Shown: in pieces, positions 59,654-64,000 of the stretch
Position numbering within the stretch: position 1 is the stretch's first letter
How the letters are laid out: each line of letters begins with the position of its first letter
Assembly (NCBI GenBank): GCA_964432885.1
Contig: CAYSPG010000012.1
Location: forward strand, 25,220-89,219
Direction of reading: 5' to 3'
DNA from: an uncultured Flavobacteriaceae bacterium
Lineage (GTDB): Bacteria > Bacteroidota > Bacteroidia > AKYH767-A > OLB10
DNA: 64,000 nucleotides
The notes under the pieces: generated by a model
Seen by the model: the letters and a program-made list of their open reading frames with translations, nothing else
Told to the model about the DNA's origin: nothing
Database searches by the model: none
Position numbers and translations under genes: made by a program

Positions 59654-62600
59654 TTAAGGTTTTAAACCGTTAGATGAACTTTTGCCCTCAAGCAAAACAT
59701 TTACCTGAGCATCGGGCTTGTTCTCAAAAATTTTAAGATTACGTCTTATACTAACCGCATATCGCTCTTTATAGTCAGATGTTTTTGCACGTTTTAATTT
59801 AGCAATTACCGCATCGTCTTCAGAAGGTTGGCTTGCTGTTTTTAACTCAGTTTCAGTTTCTGCAATTGTTGTGGGTTGGCTAATTGCAACAGGCTGTTTG
59901 GGAAGTTCCTGTGTCTTTGGCACTGAAGTAATTTTTTCTTCTACAATATTTTTAGTAAGCGTTGCAACTGAAATATTCTTTTGTTGTGACGATTTAACGA
60001 CAGTTTGTTTTGCAGGCTTGCTGTCAACCTTGGTTGATTCGATAGTTGTTGCAAGTTTTATTTCTTCAGTTGGCTTGCGCTCGGTAACTGCTGGTGCTGG
60101 TTCAACTACTCCTTTGGTAATTTCTTTTACAGTAATATTTTTTTGCTGATCGGCTTTAACTGCATTTTGCTTTACGGGTTTGCTGTTAACCTTAACTGGT
60201 TCAATGGCTGATGCAAGTTTTATTTCTTCAATAGGTTTACGTTCAACAACTGTAGATGCTGGTTCGATTACTCTCTTTGTAATTTCGTTTACAGCAATAT
60301 TTTTTTGTTGCTCAGCCTTAACCGCATTTTGTTTTGCAGGCTTGCTGTCAACCTGGATTGGCTCAATGGCTGTTGCAAGTTTCATTTCATTTAAACTCTT
60401 TGCCTCGGTTAGTCCCTTCTGTTCTGATACTTCCTTCTTTCTTTGTGCTTCAACATAACCACTAAACTCTGCTTCTTTTAATTCGTTAGATTGTGGTTCC
60501 ATTTTTTTTGTTTCTGGTGTGGTTTCAGCAGTCGCTTCACTTATGTTGTTTGTAATTTGTTTTACTGAAATATTTTTTTGCTGATCGGCTTTAACTGCAG
60601 TTTGTTTTACAGCCTTGCTTTCAACTTTTGTAGGCTCAATGGTTGTTGCAAATTTTATTTCTTCAACTGGTTTGCGTTCTTCTGCAACGGGCACAGTTGG
60701 TTTTGCAACTTCGGCAACTGGCTCAACCACACCTTTTGTAATTTCTTTTACAGTAATATTTTTTTGTTGATCAGCTTTAACTGCAGTTTGTTTTACAGCC
60801 TTGCTTTCAACTTTTGTAGGCTCAATGGTTGTTGCAAATTTTATTTCTTCAACTGGTTTGCGTTCTTCTGCAACGGGCACAGTTGGTTTTGCAACTTCGG
60901 CAACTGGCTCAACCACACCTTTTGTAATTTCTTTTACAGTAATATTTTTTTGTTGATCAGCTTTAACTGCAGTTTGTTTTACAGCCTTGCTTTCAACTTT
61001 TGTAGGCTCAATGGTTGTTGCAAATTTTATTTCTTCAACTGGTTTGTGTTCTTCTGCAACGGGCTCAGTTGGTTTTGCAACTTCGGCAACAGGTTCAACC
61101 ACACCTTTGGTAATTTCTTTTGCAACTGGCGTTTCAGCAATTTTATTTTCGTCACCCTTTGTTTGACTAGTTTTTTCAACTTTTGATTTTTCAGGTTTAG
61201 CAATGTTGGTTTTGCTTTGCTCTTTTTGCAAATCTTCAAAATTCAATTCGTCCAAACTAAACGATTGGGCAAGTTGCTGATTTTGTTTAGTAATCGAATC
61301 CTGCTTTTGCTTTAAAGCAATCTCATCCTTTTTATCCTTCTGGTTAAGTTTATCTTTAGCAATTTGTTCCATTTCAGCATCCTGCTTTGGTTTTAGCTGC
61401 TGCGCGTATTTTGTGCGCTCTGCCTTCCAATTGCACAATTGCTTTATTTTAGTTTCAGCAACTGTGTAAGCAATTACCGGAGTTAACTTAATACCCATAT
61501 CCTCAACATATCCTGCTCTTTTAATTTCGGCTTGCTTTTGTTCAACAGGTTTTTGTTCAGCAGGGTTTTTTGTGCTTACATGAGTATTGGCTGCAATTGG
61601 TTTTGTTGCTTGTTGCAAAGATGATGGTGCAGAAGGTGAACTGTTAGATGCTGCAGTTTTATTATTGGTGGCTTGTGCTGCATTTTGTTTTGCAGCTTTT
61701 GATGCTGCCAGCATTTGTTCAATCGTTTGCGGTTGATTGCTTGGTTTATCGGGCGCATTAGGATACTTTATGTTGATAGCAACAGTTTCTTTACCCGAAT
61801 TATTTTTCGAAAGAATTACTTCCTGTTCAACTGCAGTATATCCGTCTTCTATAAAAAATTCGCCCATTAGAAATGTAAAGCCCGGCTTATCAATCTTGCA
61901 AGCGTATTTTTTTGCCTTAGGCAATTTTATTTCGTAACCACCAGTTTTTGTATCTACCTGTATTTGCGACAGCAGCTTATACGATTCGCCATCATAAAAC
62001 ATAAGTGTTGCCTGTAAATCTTCGGGACGGTATGTGTTTGAAAAATTTCCTTTGATATAAATTTTACCCTCATCCTTAGTTATCAAACTAATTTTAAATT
62101 TCTGTACTTTTCCTAAATCACAATCACGATTGCTTAAAAATTTGGCTGATTTATTTCCACTATCTGGCAAAAACAAATAATCATCATACGGGCTGTTTAC
62201 GGGCATTCCTAAGTTTTCGGGCACACCCCAGTTACTTGTTGTTTCATTCCATGTACATTTAAACACATCATAACCGCCCATGCTCTGCTCATTGTTTGCA
62301 CTAAAATAAAGTACGGTACCATTTTGAGCTGTGGTAGGATAAATTTCATCGGCAATTGTATTTACAGGCGATTGCAACCTTACAGGTTTATCATATTTTT
62401 CGGCACCTTTTTTATTTGCATAAAAAATATCGGCATGGTACGAACCATCCGTTCCTTTGCTTGAATAATAAACACGGTTTCCATTTGCTTCTAAAAATAA
62501 AAACTGTGGTTCGTTTAATTTTTTATCATAATTGGATTGAAAAGCCTCTGTTATTTTTAGCAATTTTCCATTTTCAGAAAAATAATTTCCGGCCACGTTT

Positions 62601-63094
62601 ACCAGCTCTTCATTTGCCTTTTCATTAATTGGGTATTTATCTCCAAGTTGCTTTATTCTTAATCCTGATTTGCACTGTTGGATGCGTGTGTCCACTTTCC
62701 ATTCGGTAAGCAATTCCTGCCCTGTATATTTTTTAAAAATCTGATACGACCGCATGCTTTGATCGAAATCATACGTAAGCTGATAAGCCAATCCTAAATA
62801 ATAATATACATCCTTGGGTGTGTTTGCACTCATGGAGGCTTTTTCAAGATGCTTAATGGCATCAACAACATTTACTCCTGAAAGCACGCGGCTTACACCA
62901 TACAAGTATTGATACCGAACATCGGCCGGATGATTGCTTACCAATTGTGCATACTGCCATGATGCCTGCCGATATTGTTTTGTTTTAAAATAATTATCGG
63001 CACTAATGGCAAGTTCCTTGTCCTGTGCATGCAAACATGCAATGCTCATTACAAAAAGTGCCAACAGTATATAAAATTTATTTGCTTTAGTCAT
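59654..63094 (-). CDS. Large exported protein: N-terminal TPR plus PD40/TolB-like region (as in Bacteroidota OmpA-family proteins), with the C-terminal half a Lys/Glu/Pro-rich tandem 62-aa repeat array and no recognisable OmpA domain
   Basis: Signal peptide MTKANKFYILLALFVMSIACLHAQ; TPR-like helices at residues ~30-130; WD/PD40-like region at ~200-330; repeats ITKGVVEPVAEVAKPTVPVAEERKPVEEIKFATTIEPTKVESKAVKQTAVKADQQKNITVKE x3 near-identical plus about 4 diverged copies. Confidence 0.7.
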   Translation of the reverse strand: MTKANKFYILLALFVMSIACLHAQDKELAISADNYFKTKQYRQASWQYAQLVSNHPADVRYQYLYGVSRVLSGVNVVDAIKHLEKASMSANTPKDVYYYLGLAYQLTYDFDQSMRSYQIFKKYTGQELLTEWKVDTRIQQCKSGLRIKQLGDKYPINEKANEELVNVAGNYFSENGKLLKITEAFQSNYDKKLNEPQFLFLEANGNRVYYSSKGTDGSYHADIFYANKKGAEKYDKPVRLQSPVNTIADEIYPTTAQNGTVLYFSANNEQSMGGYDVFKCTWNETTSNWGVPENLGMPVNSPYDDYLFLPDSGNKSAKFLSNRDCDLGKVQKFKISLITKDEGKIYIKGNFSNTYRPEDLQATLMFYDGESYKLLSQIQVDTKTGGYEIKLPKAKKYACKIDKPGFTFLMGEFFIEDGYTAVEQEVILSKNNSGKETVAINIKYPNAPDKPSNQPQTIEQMLAASKAAKQNAAQATNNKTAASNSSPSAPSSLQQATKPIAANTHVSTKNPAEQKPVEQKQAEIKRAGYVEDMGIKLTPVIAYTVAETKIKQLCNWKAERTKYAQQLKPKQDAEMEQIAKDKLNQKDKKDEIALKQKQDSITKQNQQLAQSFSLDELNFEDLQKEQSKTNIAKPEKSKVEKTSQTKGDENKIAETPVAKEITKGVVEPVAEVAKPTEPVAEEHKPVEEIKFATTIEPTKVESKAVKQTAVKADQQKNITVKEITKGVVEPVAEVAKPTVPVAEERKPVEEIKFATTIEPTKVESKAVKQTAVKADQQKNITVKEITKGVVEPVAEVAKPTVPVAEERKPVEEIKFATTIEPTKVESKAVKQTAVKADQQKNISVKQITNNISEATAETTPETKKMEPQSNELKEAEFSGYVEAQRKKEVSEQKGLTEAKSLNEMKLATAIEPIQVDSKPAKQNAVKAEQQKNIAVNEITKRVIEPASTVVERKPIEEIKLASAIEPVKVNSKPVKQNAVKADQQKNITVKEITKGVVEPAPAVTERKPTEEIKLATTIESTKVDSKPAKQTVVKSSQQKNISVATLTKNIVEEKITSVPKTQELPKQPVAISQPTTIAETETELKTASQPSEDDAVIAKLKRAKTSDYKERYAVSIRRNLKIFENKPDAQVNVLLEGKSSSNGLKP
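59900..61150. repeat. Intragenic tandem repeat array; 186-bp unit with 3 near-identical copies at ~60583-61140 and diverged ~160-186-bp copies at ~59900-60580
   Basis: The DNA-level identity of three consecutive 186-bp units is also visible as a three-fold repeated antisense ORF (60578..61186 in the track). Confidence 0.85.
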
Positions 63095-63203
63095 GCGGAT
63101 ATTTTATTCCGTCAATAACTGTTATACTGCGATTTGCCTAATTGGTTACGATTAATAAAGGTTTTGGACTTTAAGATAACGATGCAAAAACAAAACTCCG
63201 GTT

Positions 63204-63848
63204 TTATTCCTCTTTTTTGCGATTGCCAAAAAGGTTGGCTTTGCTTTCGGAACCACGCAGTAAGCGTTCAATGTTACGCTGGTGGGTAACCAATACAAGA
63301 ATGCAAACTGCCATAGAAAAAACGTTCATGCTTCTAACGGTTTCGTTAAAAATAAGCATGACAATAAAAGGAAATGAAATGGCGGCTGTCATTGAAGCAA
63401 GCGAAACATAATTTGTTGTAATTAAAATTACGGTAAAAACGCCAAGGCAGATTAAGGCAGCCGGAGGGTTTACTCCCCACAAAATACCCAACAAAGTGGC
63501 CACCCCTTTACCACCCCTGAAGCCTGCAAAAACCGGAAAAATATGACCAAGCAATGCAGCTACACCAAGCACAAGTTTAAAATTAATAAACTGTTGTGTG
63601 GCGGGCATATAGTCGCCAAAAAAAGTTGCCAATTGCACGGCAAGCCAGCCTTTGGCTATATCTAAAATCAACACAGGAATTCCTGCCTTAGGGCCAAGAA
63701 CCCTAAACGTGTTGGTGGCACCGGCATTACCGCTGCCGTACTCGCGCACATCAATGCCCCAAAATATTTTTCCAACCCACACAGCCGATGGCAACGAGCC
63801 TAATAGATAGGCAACAAAAAAAAGTAAAATGTTTTCTGCGTTAATCAT
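63204..63848 (-). CDS. plsY: Glycerol-3-phosphate acyltransferase PlsY
   Basis: 214 aa, 5 TM helices, conserved GSGNAGATN and FKGGKGVAT motifs. Confidence 0.9.
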   Translation of the reverse strand: MINAENILLFFVAYLLGSLPSAVWVGKIFWGIDVREYGSGNAGATNTFRVLGPKAGIPVLILDIAKGWLAVQLATFFGDYMPATQQFINFKLVLGVAALLGHIFPVFAGFRGGKGVATLLGILWGVNPPAALICLGVFTVILITTNYVSLASMTAAISFPFIVMLIFNETVRSMNVFSMAVCILVLVTHQRNIERLLRGSESKANLFGNRKKEE

Positions 63849-64000
63849 GCGCAGCAGTAAGCCTTGTGGTTTAAGTGTTGCGCAAATTTATTTTTTTAAA
63901 CATAACTTAAAACTAATTGGGTTTTTAATAATAAACACCAAGCGTGTCAAAAGAATCTACTCAATGCCTTTGGCTGAAGTATATTTTTTCCACCTGTCAA

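Noticed and set aside
59900-61150. Possible CRISPR array (regular direct repeats)
   Set aside because: The repeats are 186 bp, contiguous with no spacers, in-frame and coding within a protein. No cas genes occur in the window, and no short repeat-spacer array was found anywhere.
60578-61186. 202-aa + strand ORF with a three-fold repeated FNCSLFYSLAFNFCRLNGCCKFYFF... sequence
   Set aside because: It is the antisense shadow of the 186-bp tandem repeats inside the 59654-63094 gene, with Cys/Phe-rich low-complexity translation and no start context. It is useful only as evidence of DNA-level repeat identity.

Overview
This 64-kb window is a Bacteroidota chromosomal segment, judged from the gliding/T9SS genes, the lack of Shine-Dalgarno sites and the AT-rich leaders. 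It is densely coding, with no transposase, integrase, phage genes or CRISPR array. Housekeeping genes (mdh, maeB, gpmI, uvrC, murF, ispF, folP, plsY, clpS, DEAD-box helicase, tmRNA) are interleaved with the conserved gliding/T9SS core locus gldJ-porP/sprF-porU-porV. Four large T9SS cargo proteins are present (one SprB-repeat adhesin with a type B C-terminal domain, three with type A C-terminal domains). Also present are a carbamoyltransferase with SxtJ-like and SxtK-like small membrane proteins, a MoxR ATPase downstream of parvulin-type PPIases, and a compact lipid-biosynthesis cassette next to tmRNA (FabH-like KAS III, BtrH_N protein, ABC-2 exporter, ACP, KAS I/II) that I interpret as dialkylresorcinol-type. 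Features not explained by the gene list: (i) tandem heptad 'CAAACNN' repeats abutting the start codons of several unrelated genes; (ii) a 1146-aa TPR/PD40-type protein whose C-terminal half is a tandem array of 62-aa units, three of them nearly identical at the DNA level; (iii) a ~43-bp dispersed hairpin motif; (iv) a degenerate ~21-bp tandem repeat field upstream of a lolD-like gene; (v) a perfect 22-bp inverted repeat between two chaperone genes.
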